This document shows, in pieces, positions 32,623-42,851 of a stretch of DNA of 64,000 nucleotides. The notes under the pieces were generated by a model that was not told the DNA's origin, did no database searches, and worked only from the letters and a program-made list of their open reading frames with translations. Location: positions 5,088,001-5,152,000 of the forward strand of contig CBDCJV010000002.1 in the NCBI GenBank assembly GCA_965217895.1. Reading direction: 5' to 3'. A program made the translations under genes and the position numbers. The DNA comes from Waterburya sp. Lineage in GTDB: Bacteria; Cyanobacteriota; Cyanobacteriia; Cyanobacteriales; Xenococcaceae. The stretch's first letter is position 1. The number at the start of each line of letters is the position of its first letter.

Positions 32623-32815
32623 TGTTACGCACTCATCCTGTAAGACTTGGGGACTTAGGGACTTAGGGACTTGGGGACGAATTTACTACCTGCGTAGTTG
32701 CTCCCAGTCTCCCGCGCTCCCCGTCACCTCGTTACCTCATCACCCTTTTATGCGAAGCGGTATCCTTTAGGACACCCCGTCACTCCGTCACAGCAGTTGG
32801 ATTAAATGCGTAACA
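32623..32815. mobile_element. MITE with internal 7-8-mer tandem repeats
   Basis: Terminal IRs tgttacgcactcatcc / ggattaaatgcgtaaca; internal gactt(a/g)gg and ccgtcac repeats. Confidence 0.65.
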
Positions 32816-32915
32816 TCAAATGTTAATTTCTGTTCTAACTTTAATATCAGGAAAGCTGGACGTATGCCCTGCTAAAATAACAGTGTCGTGAATTAGCCAA
32901 CTATTGAAGACGATT

Positions 32916-33146
32916 ATGCTGCTTACAGAGACTAATTTAGTTGCCTTGTTATATCTAGTTCTAAGTGGTACATATCTTGTGGTGTTACCAGCACTAGTTT
33001 ATTTTTATCTTAAGAATCGTTGGTATGTTGCTAGCTCTATCGAGCGGTTAATTATGTACCTATTTGTGTTTCTCAGCTTCCCTGGAATGATTTTACTCAG
33101 TCCGTTTCTTAATTTTCGCCCCAAACGTCGCGATCTAAAAGCTTAG
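32916..33146 (+). CDS. ndhL: NDH-1 subunit L
   Basis: RWYVASSIER...FPGMILLSPFLNFRP; ndhL-DUF3007-trpA synteny. Confidence 0.93.
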   Translation: MLLTETNLVALLYLVLSGTYLVVLPALVYFYLKNRWYVASSIERLIMYLFVFLSFPGMILLSPFLNFRPKRRDLKA

Positions 33147-33155
33147 GATAACAAA

Positions 33156-33461
33156 ATGCGTAGAATCGATGCGATCGCAATTAGTCTTGGCGTATTTGTG
33201 GCTGCGGGACTAGTCTATTTTGTTTTGCAAATAGTTGGTTTGGACGGCATTAATGCAGGAATTTGGACTCAAGCCCTATTGGTTATTGGTTTGGTGGGTT
33301 GGTCGCTGACCTATCTTTTGCGAGTCGGTAATAAAAATATGACTTACAACCAGCAGCTTAAAGATTATGAAGAGGCAGTGATGCAAAAGCGTCTTGAAGA
33401 GATGTCTTCAGAACAGCTGGCCGAACTACAAAAAGAAATTGAGCAACAAAAAGAAGCTTAA
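33156..33461 (+). CDS. DUF3007-family protein
   Basis: MRRIDAI, AGIW.Q and MTY.QQL.DYE motifs. Confidence 0.9.
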   Translation: MRRIDAIAISLGVFVAAGLVYFVLQIVGLDGINAGIWTQALLVIGLVGWSLTYLLRVGNKNMTYNQQLKDYEEAVMQKRLEEMSSEQLAELQKEIEQQKEA

Positions 33462-33462
33462 A

Positions 33463-33551
33463 TAAGTAGGCAGGAAACAATAAACCTTGGTATAGATTGA
33501 CTGGGAGACTGGGAGAATTCTATTTTCAGTTTAATTATGTCGCTCTACTTA
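33463..33551. mobile_element. Degenerate MITE-like element
   Basis: taagtaggcaggaaacaataaa / tttaattatgtcgctctactta imperfect IRs. Confidence 0.45.
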
Positions 33552-33612
33552 TCGTGGCAACTTAAATTAAATTATTCAGTATTAATCTTAAACTTTAAAT
33601 TAACTTTACCTA

Positions 33613-34407
33613 ATGAACTCCGTTGCCCAACGTTTTCAACAACTAAAACAAAATTCTCAATGTGCTTTAATTCCCTTTATTACTGCTGGCGATCCCGATC
33701 TAGAGACAACAGCTAAAGCTATAGAAGTTTTGGCTGAAAACGGTGCAGATTTGATTGAATTAGGTGTTCCCTATTCCGATCCCTTAGCAGATGGTCCAAC
33801 GATTCAAGCAGCGGCTACTAGAGCCTTACACAGAGGAGTTAAGTTAGAAGCTGTTTTAGAAGTAGTTAAGCAAGCTGTACCAAAAATAGATGTGCCGATT
33901 GTTTTATTTACTTACTACAATCCAATTTACTATCGGGGCATCGAGTCTTTTCTTAAACAGGTAAAAGAGGCAGGAGTTAGCGGTTTAGTTGTTCCTGACC
34001 TACCTTTAGAAGAAGCAGAAGTACTGCTTAAACCCGCAACAGAAATAGGAATTGAGGTGATTTTATTAGTTGCACCTACTAGTTCGACCGCTAGAATAAA
34101 GGCGATCGCTACTAAGTCTCAAGGCTTTATTTACTTAGTATCTGTCACAGGTGTAACGGGGATACGGTCAGAAACAGCAGCAGGAGTCAAAGATATCCTG
34201 GCAGAGTTGCACAGCACGACGGATAAACCTATCGGCGTTGGTTTTGGTATTTCTAACCCCGAACAGGCAAAACAAATTAAGGAGTGGGGCGCAGATGGGG
34301 TAATCGTTGGTAGTGCGATAGTTAAACGCTTGGCAGAGGGAACTCCAGAAGCGGGACTAAAAGCGATCGCTGAATTCTGTGCTGCTTTGAAACAAGCGAT
34401 TTCCTAA
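33613..34407 (+). CDS. trpA: Tryptophan synthase alpha chain
   Basis: [31 protein letters not shown]. Confidence 0.98.
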   Translation: MNSVAQRFQQLKQNSQCALIPFITAGDPDLETTAKAIEVLAENGADLIELGVPYSDPLADGPTIQAAATRALHRGVKLEAVLEVVKQAVPKIDVPIVLFTYYNPIYYRGIESFLKQVKEAGVSGLVVPDLPLEEAEVLLKPATEIGIEVILLVAPTSSTARIKAIATKSQGFIYLVSVTGVTGIRSETAAGVKDILAELHSTTDKPIGVGFGISNPEQAKQIKEWGADGVIVGSAIVKRLAEGTPEAGLKAIAEFCAALKQAIS

Positions 34408-34413
34408 AAAATC

Positions 34414-34854
34414 ATGAATCTGAAATTATTACATGAACGCGATTATAACCTTTGGATAGAAGAAATCAAAAAAGCGATCGCCAATCAAGATCTAGAAAAT
34501 ATGGACTGGGATAATTTGCTAGATGAAATTGATGACATGGGCAAGTCGGATAAACGGGCTTTACGTAGCTATACTCAGCGATTGATTGAGCATATATTTA
34601 AAATTAAGTACTGGGAAAATGAGCGTGAACGGGCTTTAAACGGCTGGAAGATTGAAGTAATCAACTTTCGCACTCAAATCATGAATATCTTAGAAGACTC
34701 TCCTAGTCTTAAGAATTATTTAGCAGACAACTATAGTAAATGGTACGAACAGTCTTACCAAAAATATCAAAAAGGTATTCTCTTTGATATGCCTTCATTT
34801 GAGCAGATCGAGCTAGAGCATTTGATGCAAGATGATTATTTTGGAGAGATGTAG
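34414..34854 (+). CDS. DUF29-family protein
   Basis: RDYNLW, DWDNLLDEI..MG and DSPSLK motifs. Confidence 0.9.
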   Translation: MNLKLLHERDYNLWIEEIKKAIANQDLENMDWDNLLDEIDDMGKSDKRALRSYTQRLIEHIFKIKYWENERERALNGWKIEVINFRTQIMNILEDSPSLKNYLADNYSKWYEQSYQKYQKGILFDMPSFEQIELEHLMQDDYFGEM

Positions 34855-34860
34855 CATGAC

Positions 34861-36366
34861 TCACGAATTGGGATAACCAAACCAGGTAGGGTCAATATAA
34901 TTGATGCGAGCGCAAGGTTCTAGAGTTAATAAAATTTCTTTGCCATAACTACGGAAATTGACGCGGTTGTCCAATAAAGCCATGATGCTTTGTGATTCTC
35001 GCAGCGGTACTACGGTTTGTTCGAGCGTTTTTAGGGCTGTCGGCAATAAATAAGTCCGAAACCAATCTTGACGCTGATTTTTGTAGTAGGCAACGCGGTT
35101 GGCAACTAAGGGGTTTTCTAAAGATGGTATGGGAAGAGTGGCAATAATCAACAGACTGGGAATTGGTAGCTTTTCTTGATGTTGTTGCCAAAATGACCAA
35201 CCACAAATTAAGATACTGCGATCGCTTACCTTGCTTTTTTCTACTTTAACCCGCGAACCAAATTCCGCTGCCAACACTGAACTTACCTGTCCCTGAAGCG
35301 GCACATCTTCGACAATTAAGACAATTAGGCGATTAAGCCTACCGCTCAGGCTAACTAGCAATAGGCTTTCTTCGATCAAAGCCGACTGAAATTCGGGTGT
35401 ATTGGGCAAAGGAAAGCGATCGGGAATATAAAGCTGGATATGATTATTTTGGCGGTTGGGAGTAAATTTTAAACTTAACATTTGTGAATCTAAGCCCAAC
35501 TGTTGTCGATAAGTGGTTGCTTTGGCTTCAATATCTAAAAAGCCACCAATTATTACGACTGGCTGCTTTTGCCAAATTGGTTTGAGTTTTGTACCAACTT
35601 CAGCAGGGGCGAGATTAACGGTAAATAAACCGCGATCGCGATCGCGAGATATCCAAGCTATAGTTAGTTCTGAAGCTAAGTACTGTCCAAATTGTTCAAA
35701 TTTACCCTTGAGCAGTTTTTTTTGGGCTAAGACTGTCCATAATTGCTTGATTGTGTTCAATTCCGAATTAAGCAATATGTAATTACCATAAGGATTTTCA
35801 GGACGAGTAAAGATAGATTTAGTTAACTTGATTTTCGTGTCGCGAATCAATTCCTGATGCTCAGGAATTGTCTTTAATAACTCCTCCCAGTCTGAAGGAG
35901 TAATACTAATAGTTAGCTGCTGTCTTGCCCATTCTTCGAGGCTCTCGGCTCGTTCGATAATGGTGGGCATATTCAGGGGAAATTTTCCTTGCTCCGTTAG
36001 GCGATCGCCTAACCAGCTGGCAGGGGAAGTGAGGAGTAGCTGATCGTCGTCTTGCCAGCGATCGCCAATTCTGACTTTTTTATTAGTTTTTAACCATGCC
36101 TGTAATTTAGGAATTTCGACCTCGATTAAATATTGCTGGGTTGTCAGGGGGGCAACTATAATAACCGACCAGTCTCCTATCAATATCGGCATTAAATAAC
36201 TCAGACAATACTTGCTGACGCTACTACCAGTTTGCATCAACGCAGGGCGACCTAGGCGTAAAGCTCTAGCGATTAGCCTTGCCATGGTTAAATGATGGGG
36301 AAAATTTCGCTCCCCATTCGCTCTTAAAAAATCTCGCAGGGATGAATGAACTTCTACTTCAATCAA
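34861..36366 (-). CDS. DinG-like helicase C-terminal domain protein
   Basis: PHHLTMARL N-terminus; ATLPIPSLENP and LLDNRV..SYG degenerate DinG motifs. Confidence 0.8.
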   Translation of the reverse strand: MIEVEVHSSLRDFLRANGERNFPHHLTMARLIARALRLGRPALMQTGSSVSKYCLSYLMPILIGDWSVIIVAPLTTQQYLIEVEIPKLQAWLKTNKKVRIGDRWQDDDQLLLTSPASWLGDRLTEQGKFPLNMPTIIERAESLEEWARQQLTISITPSDWEELLKTIPEHQELIRDTKIKLTKSIFTRPENPYGNYILLNSELNTIKQLWTVLAQKKLLKGKFEQFGQYLASELTIAWISRDRDRGLFTVNLAPAEVGTKLKPIWQKQPVVIIGGFLDIEAKATTYRQQLGLDSQMLSLKFTPNRQNNHIQLYIPDRFPLPNTPEFQSALIEESLLLVSLSGRLNRLIVLIVEDVPLQGQVSSVLAAEFGSRVKVEKSKVSDRSILICGWSFWQQHQEKLPIPSLLIIATLPIPSLENPLVANRVAYYKNQRQDWFRTYLLPTALKTLEQTVVPLRESQSIMALLDNRVNFRSYGKEILLTLEPCARINYIDPTWFGYPNS

Positions 36367-36409
36367 ATTTAGATGATCCCACTAAAAAAAACTGCCGTAG
36401 TTTCCACTA

Positions 36410-37618
36410 TTACTCAAATTCGCCTTTAGGAAAAGCAGTTGGTTGAACTTTAAGGGTTTTAAGCTTACCATCTCGCAAAACTTCCACCTCTAATTCTGAA
36501 CCAATTTTACTTAGGTCAACTTGTTCTTGTACCTGAACAGAGGTTTTTACAGGACTACCGCCTACTTTATCAATTATGTCTCCTGGCTCAAAACCGCCTT
36601 TAGCAGCAGGAGAGCGAGGCATTACTTTGACTACCACCACGCCTTTATCTTCAGGAATTTTGAAATCAAATTCTTGGCTGGAGTTAATTTCGCTTTTAAT
36701 TTCTTCATTCAGGTTAATCATGTGAACCCCTAAATAAGGATGATCTGCCTGTCCCTTGGTAAATAACTGATTGGCGATGCGGTTAGCCGTTTCAATCGGA
36801 ATAGCAAAGCCCAATCCTTGAGCATCAGCGCGAATTGCCGTATTAATGCCAATAACTTCTCCTTGGGAATTTAATAAAGGTCCTCCAGAGTTACCTGGAT
36901 TAATGGCTGCGTCAGTTTGGATAAATTTAACTCGCTTGTCTGGCACGCCAACTTGAGAACTCGATCTACCCAAAGCACTTACAATACCCACAGTTACAGT
37001 ATTATCTAAACCTAAAGGATTACCAATAGCGATCGCCCATTCCCCAGGCATCAACTTTTTTGCATCCCCAAAACTAACCGTGGGTAAGTTTGTGGCATTA
37101 ATTTTGATGACTGCTACATCAGTAAAAGGATCTGTTCCTAATACTTTTCCTGGGTAACTTGTGCCGTCTTTAAGAGTTACCTGTACTTTTTCTGCCCCAT
37201 CTACCACATGAGCATTAGTAATCAGACGACCATCAGAGCCAATAATAAAGCCAGAGCCAGTTCCTCGTTCTATCTGCTCAGGCAAGGAGTCTGAAGACTT
37301 TTTACTCTTATCACCGCCAAAAAAACGCTTCAGTAAAGGATTTCTGAGATTTTCTGGTGATGCCGAAATATGACGCGAAGCATCAATTCTAACTACTGAT
37401 GGACCAACTTTTTGTGCTGCCGTGGCAATAAAATTAACGTCTCGGTCATTACTGCTTCTGCTGACAGAATTAGCCTCAGTTGGGATGGCGGTAGGATAAA
37501 CTTGAGTTTGTCTCATTGCCGTTGGTTGTTGAAACTGACGACTTCCAAGAAAGCCTAAACTACCGCCAACTGCAAGTATGCCTAAATAAACACTTAGCTT
37601 ATTAGATAAAAGTTTCAT
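36410..37618 (-). CDS. HtrA/HhoA/HhoB-family serine protease with PDZ domain
   Basis: GTGSGF, TNAHV, DVAV, TDAAINPGNSGGPL. Confidence 0.95.
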   Translation of the reverse strand: MKLLSNKLSVYLGILAVGGSLGFLGSRQFQQPTAMRQTQVYPTAIPTEANSVSRSSNDRDVNFIATAAQKVGPSVVRIDASRHISASPENLRNPLLKRFFGGDKSKKSSDSLPEQIERGTGSGFIIGSDGRLITNAHVVDGAEKVQVTLKDGTSYPGKVLGTDPFTDVAVIKINATNLPTVSFGDAKKLMPGEWAIAIGNPLGLDNTVTVGIVSALGRSSSQVGVPDKRVKFIQTDAAINPGNSGGPLLNSQGEVIGINTAIRADAQGLGFAIPIETANRIANQLFTKGQADHPYLGVHMINLNEEIKSEINSSQEFDFKIPEDKGVVVVKVMPRSPAAKGGFEPGDIIDKVGGSPVKTSVQVQEQVDLSKIGSELEVEVLRDGKLKTLKVQPTAFPKGEFE

Positions 37619-37888
37619 ATCGTTTATTTAATTATGCTGGGCTAAATCCCTAATTCAAATTATCGCAGACATTAATCAATAAAGCTTTCTTAAAATTTAC
37701 AATAAACTTATTGTCTTAATTATGTCTAATATCTTGATGCAAAACTTTACTATTTTATTTTAAGGCATTGTCAAGAAGAAAACTGTTATTAATTTTAGTA
37801 GCTTCAATACGAACAAAATCTAAGTTCTTTGGACACTTACGTTAATTTTGTAAAATAAGATAAAGCATTTAAAAGGCAGTCTGTACTC

Positions 37889-38830
37889 ATGGAAGCAACA
37901 AAGATTTCAGTCGGCAATATTTCTTTTCCCCCTCTAGGCATTGGTACATGGGCATGGGGTGATAGTTTATTTTGGGGTTATGGCTCAAACTACGGAGAAA
38001 CAGAAGTAAAACAAGCTTTTGAGACAGCCGTAGACAATGGCGCAGCTTTTTTTGATACTGCTGAAGTTTATGGTTTGGGAAAATCAGAAAAGCTAATTGG
38101 GCAATTTCTCCAGCAAACTAGTCAGCCAGTACAGATAGCGACTAAATATTTTCCTTTACCCTGGCGATTTAACAAACAAGCGGTAGCTGATGCTTTGAAT
38201 AAAAGTCTTCAGCGACTCCAGGTTGAACAAGTTGCTCTTTATCAGGTTCATTCGCCCTTTGACTTTTTTATGGGACAAGAAACTCTAATGGAGGCTTTGG
38301 CAGAAGAAGTAAAACAAGGACGTATTCTGACGGTGGGAGTTAGTAATTACTCCGCCACACAAATGCAGCAGGCTCATGATTTGTTGGCAAAGTATGATGT
38401 GCCTCTGGCAGTAAATCAAGTTCGCTATTCTCTGTTGACTCGCAAGATTGAACAAAATGGTGTTTTAGCTACTGCTCGTCAATTGGGAGTTACCATACTG
38501 GCATATAGTCCCTTAGATCAAGGATTACTAACTGGTAAGTATACTCCAGAAAACACTGAAAAAGTACAGGGCGCAAGAAAACTAGATCCTAAATTCTCGA
38601 CTCAAGGATTGAGTAAGATTGAACCAGTTATTAACCAGTTAAAACAGCTTGGAGAAAAGTACCAAAAAACACCTGCACAGGTAGCTCTAAATTGGTTAGT
38701 AGCCCAAGGAAACGTAATTCCTATTCCTGGAGCAAAAAATGCTAAACAAGCCCTTGACAATGCAGGTTCTATAGGTTGGCAACTGAGTTCAGAAGACGTT
38801 GAACAGCTTGGTTTATCGGTAGGCGGTTGA
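37889..38830 (+). CDS. Aldo/keto reductase
   Basis: GIGTWAWG, FDTAEVYG, VGVSNY, AYSPL, IPIPG. Confidence 0.93.
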   Translation: MEATKISVGNISFPPLGIGTWAWGDSLFWGYGSNYGETEVKQAFETAVDNGAAFFDTAEVYGLGKSEKLIGQFLQQTSQPVQIATKYFPLPWRFNKQAVADALNKSLQRLQVEQVALYQVHSPFDFFMGQETLMEALAEEVKQGRILTVGVSNYSATQMQQAHDLLAKYDVPLAVNQVRYSLLTRKIEQNGVLATARQLGVTILAYSPLDQGLLTGKYTPENTEKVQGARKLDPKFSTQGLSKIEPVINQLKQLGEKYQKTPAQVALNWLVAQGNVIPIPGAKNAKQALDNAGSIGWQLSSEDVEQLGLSVGG

Positions 38831-39082
38831 CAATATTTTGGCAAAATTTATTAGCTTAACCACCCTTGAAAGTGATTTTGAATTATTGCGATCGCCTATT
38901 GCTGCTTCAATCAATATGATAAGACAAAAATTGCATATTAAAACTCTAAAAATATCAACTTTTATCAGAACAAAGTTGTGTTTAATATAAAAAATACTTT
39001 AATAGAAAAACAAGTCATTAAGCAATTGCATTAGTTTTTTATGAAAATAAGCTCAAAGTAATCGCTAGCTTTTTTTTAGTAA

Positions 39083-39110
39083 CCATTGCATAATGTCTTT
39101 TAGGCAAAGT
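39083..39110. other. dif/res-like tyrosine recombinase core site (11-6-11)
   Basis: CCATTGCATAA-TGTCTT-TTAGGCAAAGT; arms are TTGCATAA / TTAGGCAA inverted repeats, 85 bp upstream of the Tn3 transposase. Confidence 0.55.
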
Positions 39111-39194
39111 AATGTTTCGTAGCACGAACAAAGGTCAAACCAGTGCTGTAATCTTAATTAAAGTTAGTCGAGTTTATCTGCGGAGGCGATCGCT

Positions 39195-42167
39195 ATTACC
39201 GTAATTAGTAGAACTGCTTATCCTCAGTTCAAGCGTTATCCATCCAATAAAGAACTACACGAACTTTACACTCCAACGGCTGAAGAAATAAAGTTTGTTA
39301 CCAGTCGCACCAGAAGCAAGATAGGACTATTGGGATTGATGGTGATGCTAAAATCATTTCAAAAATTGGGCTATTTTACTCATCCAGAATTAATCCCCCA
39401 GCCAATTATTATTCACCTCCGCACCTGTCTAAAATTAAATTACCAAGTCTCTCCCATTCCTTCCCTACGGTCAATTCGCTACTATCAAGAAGCCATTAGA
39501 GAATACCTGAACATTAGTCCCTATAATAATCGAGGTCAAGAGTTAGCAGCAGTAGCTATTAGAGATGCAGCCTTTGTCAGAGATCATCCCGCAGATTTAA
39601 TCAACGTAGCCATTGAAGAGTTAGTAAGACAACGCTACGAGTTACCAGCCTTCAGCACTTTAGATCGTTTAGCCTGTCATATTCGCTCGATTGTAAATAC
39701 CCGTTTGTTCAAACGAGTAGCCCGCAAACTATCTCCCACTGATAGGCAGAATATAGATGGCTTGCTAGTTCCCGATTCTGTCGATCATACTAATGCCAAT
39801 CTCAACCTCCTCAAATCTTCTCCCAAAAGTCACAAACTCAAGTACATCAAAGAACTACAGGATAAGTTCGATACCATGATGTTGGTGGGAGATGCCCAGA
39901 AATTACTCTCATTTATCCCCGCGACCAAAGTTAAATCTTTTGCTGCATTAGCCAGAACTCTGGATATTTCCGAATTTAACGATTTCAGGCTGCCCAAACG
40001 CCGAACTTTATTGCTGTGCTTGCTCTATCAGGCTCAAGTGAAAACTCGCGACCATATGGTAGAAATGTTTCTCAAGCGGATTAAGAAAATTCACAACAAT
40101 GCTAAAACCAAGTTGGAGTATCTAAGAGAGAAGTATCTCAATCAAACTCAGACCATGTTAGAAATGTTTGGTGAGATTTTGATTTTTTCCGATAAATCTC
40201 CAAACTATACTCAATTAGGACTCCAGGTACAGGGTTTATTAGACAGCAATGGCGGGACTCCTTTACTGCTAGAACAATACTCAGAAATTGCCTCTGTCAA
40301 TACCAAAGACCATTTCCCCTTACTCTGGTCGTTTTATTCTCCCTATCGCAAGGCATTATTTGACTTGGTAAGGTCCTTAGAAATTTGCTCTACTTCCAAC
40401 GAACAGTCAGTCATCGAAGCAGTACAGTTTGTTCTAGATCATCAGCAGAGAAGAAGTAAATTCTTCAAAGCCAATCTGAATTTAAGTTTTATCGGCGACC
40501 AATGGCTAAAGCTTGTAGTTGTAGAAGTTGATGGCGAAGAATTATTGGTGCGCCGTCAGCTAGAGATTTGTATTTTTTCCCATTTAGCTCAAGAACTCAA
40601 AACTGGAGATGCTTGTGTCATCGGTTCGGAGAATTATGCTGACTTTCGCCAACAGCTATTATCCTGGTCGGAATGCGAGCCGAAATTAGCAGAATACTGT
40701 TCTTCTTTAGGCATTCGCGATACTCCAGAAGAATTTGTCTCCCAACTGCAAGATCGACTTACTACAGTAGCTCGCGAAGTAGATATTATCTGTCAGCAGG
40801 GCGACCAAATAACCATTAATGAAGAAGGAATTCCCGTTCTCAAAAGAATTACCGCTCAAGATAAACCCGACGGTGCAGAAGCCTTGTTTAATGCCATTCG
40901 AGAGCAATTGCCCCAGCGCAGCGTGTTAGATGTTCTCTGTAATGTAGAACATTGGCTTAACTGGACGAGACACTTTGGTCCTCTATCGGGCAGCGAACCC
41001 AAATTATCAAACCCTCAAGAAAGGTATATCCTGACAGCATTTGGTTATGGGTGCAATATTGGTCCTAGCGAGATGGCTCGTCACGTCAGAGGAAAAGTAA
41101 CTTCTCATATGCTTTCCTATACCAACCGCCGTCATGTTACCAGTTCCTATCTAGAAGCTGCGATTAAAGATATCATCAATGCCTATAACCGCCTCAGTCT
41201 TCCCAAATGCTGGGGTAGTGGGAAAAAAGCAGCAGCCGATGGCAGTAAATTTGAAATCTATGAAAATAATTTGATGAGCGAGTATCACATTCGCTATGGA
41301 GGTTACGGCGGAATTGCTTACCATCACGTTTCCGATACTTACATTGCCCTGTTTACCCACTTCATTGCCTGTGGAGTTTGGGAAGCAGTTTATATCCTCG
41401 ATGGACTGCTAAAAAATACTTCTGATATTCAACCCGACACCATCCATGCAGATACTCAAGGACAGTCTTCGACCGTGTTCGCTCTTTCTCACCTGTTGGG
41501 AATTGAATTGATGCCCAGGATTCGTAACTGGAAGGACTTGGATTTTCTCCGTCCCCATAAGGATGAAGTTTACGATTATATCGACCCTCTATTCGATGAT
41601 GTGGCTGAATGGAAGTTAATCCAGACCCACTGGCAAGATTTGATGCGGGTGGTATTGTCGATTAAAGCGGGAAAACTTTTACCCTCAACTGTTCTAAGAA
41701 AGTTGGGCAGTTATAGCCGTAAGAACAGATTGTATCAGGCTTTTCGAGCCTTGGGCAAAGTCATACGCACCATGTATCTTTTGCGATTTATTTCCGATCG
41801 CGCTCTGCGTCAAGAGGTTACTGCCTGTACTAATATCGTTGAGAGCTATCATCATTTTTTGGACTGGTTGTTCTTTGGCAAAGATGGCGTGATTACAGAT
41901 AATGATCCAGTGGAACAGGAGAAGCGGTTGAAATATCTAGATTTGGCGGCTAGTGCGGTAATTCTCCAGAATACAGTAGATATGACTGGGGTAATTCGTT
42001 CTTTGAGTGGGTCGGGATTTAAGATTAATCGTCGGATGCTGGCAACTATGAGTCCTTATATCAACCGCAATCTCAAGCGGTACGGGGATTACGTGGTGGA
42101 TTTGAAGAACATTCCTCAACCATTTGAGGGGGCGATCAACCTGCCAGTAGAGATTTTTGAAACATAG
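39195..42167 (+). CDS. tnpA: Tn3-family transposase
   Basis: RTAYP N-terminus, ELPAFSTLDR, DDE region AADGS / HADTQG / NIVES; in-frame ATT at 39195 behind a GGAGG RBS. Confidence 0.93.
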   Translation: MTVISRTAYPQFKRYPSNKELHELYTPTAEEIKFVTSRTRSKIGLLGLMVMLKSFQKLGYFTHPELIPQPIIIHLRTCLKLNYQVSPIPSLRSIRYYQEAIREYLNISPYNNRGQELAAVAIRDAAFVRDHPADLINVAIEELVRQRYELPAFSTLDRLACHIRSIVNTRLFKRVARKLSPTDRQNIDGLLVPDSVDHTNANLNLLKSSPKSHKLKYIKELQDKFDTMMLVGDAQKLLSFIPATKVKSFAALARTLDISEFNDFRLPKRRTLLLCLLYQAQVKTRDHMVEMFLKRIKKIHNNAKTKLEYLREKYLNQTQTMLEMFGEILIFSDKSPNYTQLGLQVQGLLDSNGGTPLLLEQYSEIASVNTKDHFPLLWSFYSPYRKALFDLVRSLEICSTSNEQSVIEAVQFVLDHQQRRSKFFKANLNLSFIGDQWLKLVVVEVDGEELLVRRQLEICIFSHLAQELKTGDACVIGSENYADFRQQLLSWSECEPKLAEYCSSLGIRDTPEEFVSQLQDRLTTVAREVDIICQQGDQITINEEGIPVLKRITAQDKPDGAEALFNAIREQLPQRSVLDVLCNVEHWLNWTRHFGPLSGSEPKLSNPQERYILTAFGYGCNIGPSEMARHVRGKVTSHMLSYTNRRHVTSSYLEAAIKDIINAYNRLSLPKCWGSGKKAAADGSKFEIYENNLMSEYHIRYGGYGGIAYHHVSDTYIALFTHFIACGVWEAVYILDGLLKNTSDIQPDTIHADTQGQSSTVFALSHLLGIELMPRIRNWKDLDFLRPHKDEVYDYIDPLFDDVAEWKLIQTHWQDLMRVVLSIKAGKLLPSTVLRKLGSYSRKNRLYQAFRALGKVIRTMYLLRFISDRALRQEVTACTNIVESYHHFLDWLFFGKDGVITDNDPVEQEKRLKYLDLAASAVILQNTVDMTGVIRSLSGSGFKINRRMLATMSPYINRNLKRYGDYVVDLKNIPQPFEGAINLPVEIFET

Positions 42168-42189
42168 ACAGAGTAGGATATTGAGGGCT

Positions 42190-42227
42190 ATCTTGCACTA
42201 TTTTACACGTATCTCGGCTCTTCCCCC
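42190..42227 (-). mobile_element. Tn3 right terminal inverted repeat
   Basis: Minus strand reads GGGGGAAGAGCCGAGATACGTGTAAAATAGTGCAAGA, just after tnpA and exactly where the RT reading frame loses its family pattern. Confidence 0.75.
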
Positions 42228-42851
42228 TTTAGGGGCAATGAGCCGTTTCATGATGGATGAGTGGCTGATTCTATCGAAGCATTTGGATATGTCGAGTTCC
42301 ATTACTCGTTTTTTATATCCTTTGGAGTTGGAGCTTAGGTTTGAAAATAGGATTTTTTGTGCGTCATGCGCGCTTCTTCCTGGTCTAAACCCATAACTTC
42401 GTTCATGAAAACCTGCTTCGTGGGTTGGTTCTAACGCGAACTTAGCAAGACATTGCCAAGCTCTATCGCTGATGGTGGGTACTTTTAGTATCCGCTTTGA
42501 GCCGTCCTTCTTGGGGATTGGAATAGAACGTAGCCCTTGATGCTTCCAATTGTTAGCCTGGGTTTTTAACTTTTGTTCTAATTCAAATCTTTCTTTGAAG
42601 TCTAAGGCTAGCTGTCCATCGATACCAGCCGTTTTCTTGCCGTTGTTTAGTTGTGTTACTTGACGTATTGCCAGAAATCTAGCTGCGACAGAACGCATAA
42701 TTAGTTTCTGTAATGACCGAGCTTTAGCTGTATCGCCTTCTCTAACTGCTTTGTACGTGCGCTTTTGCAAACGGAATAAATCTCTGCGGAATTGCTTCCA
42801 GGGGAGATTTACCCAAGATTCACTATCGAGTTTTTCGATGTGTCCAATCAT
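42228..42851 (-). pseudogene. Group II intron reverse transcriptase/maturase, truncated
   Basis: RVT_N (LFRLQKR, LQKL), GKKTAGIDG, IPKKDG, PTISDR, SYGFRPGRSAHDA, DISKCFD; ends before YADD. Confidence 0.92.

Noticed and set aside
42198..42851. RT as a retron, DGR or defence RT, possibly linked to the Avd-like gene at 59530
   Set aside because: It has a group II intron 5' end and RVT_N domain, is truncated before YADD, lies 17 kb away, and no TR/VR pair was seen
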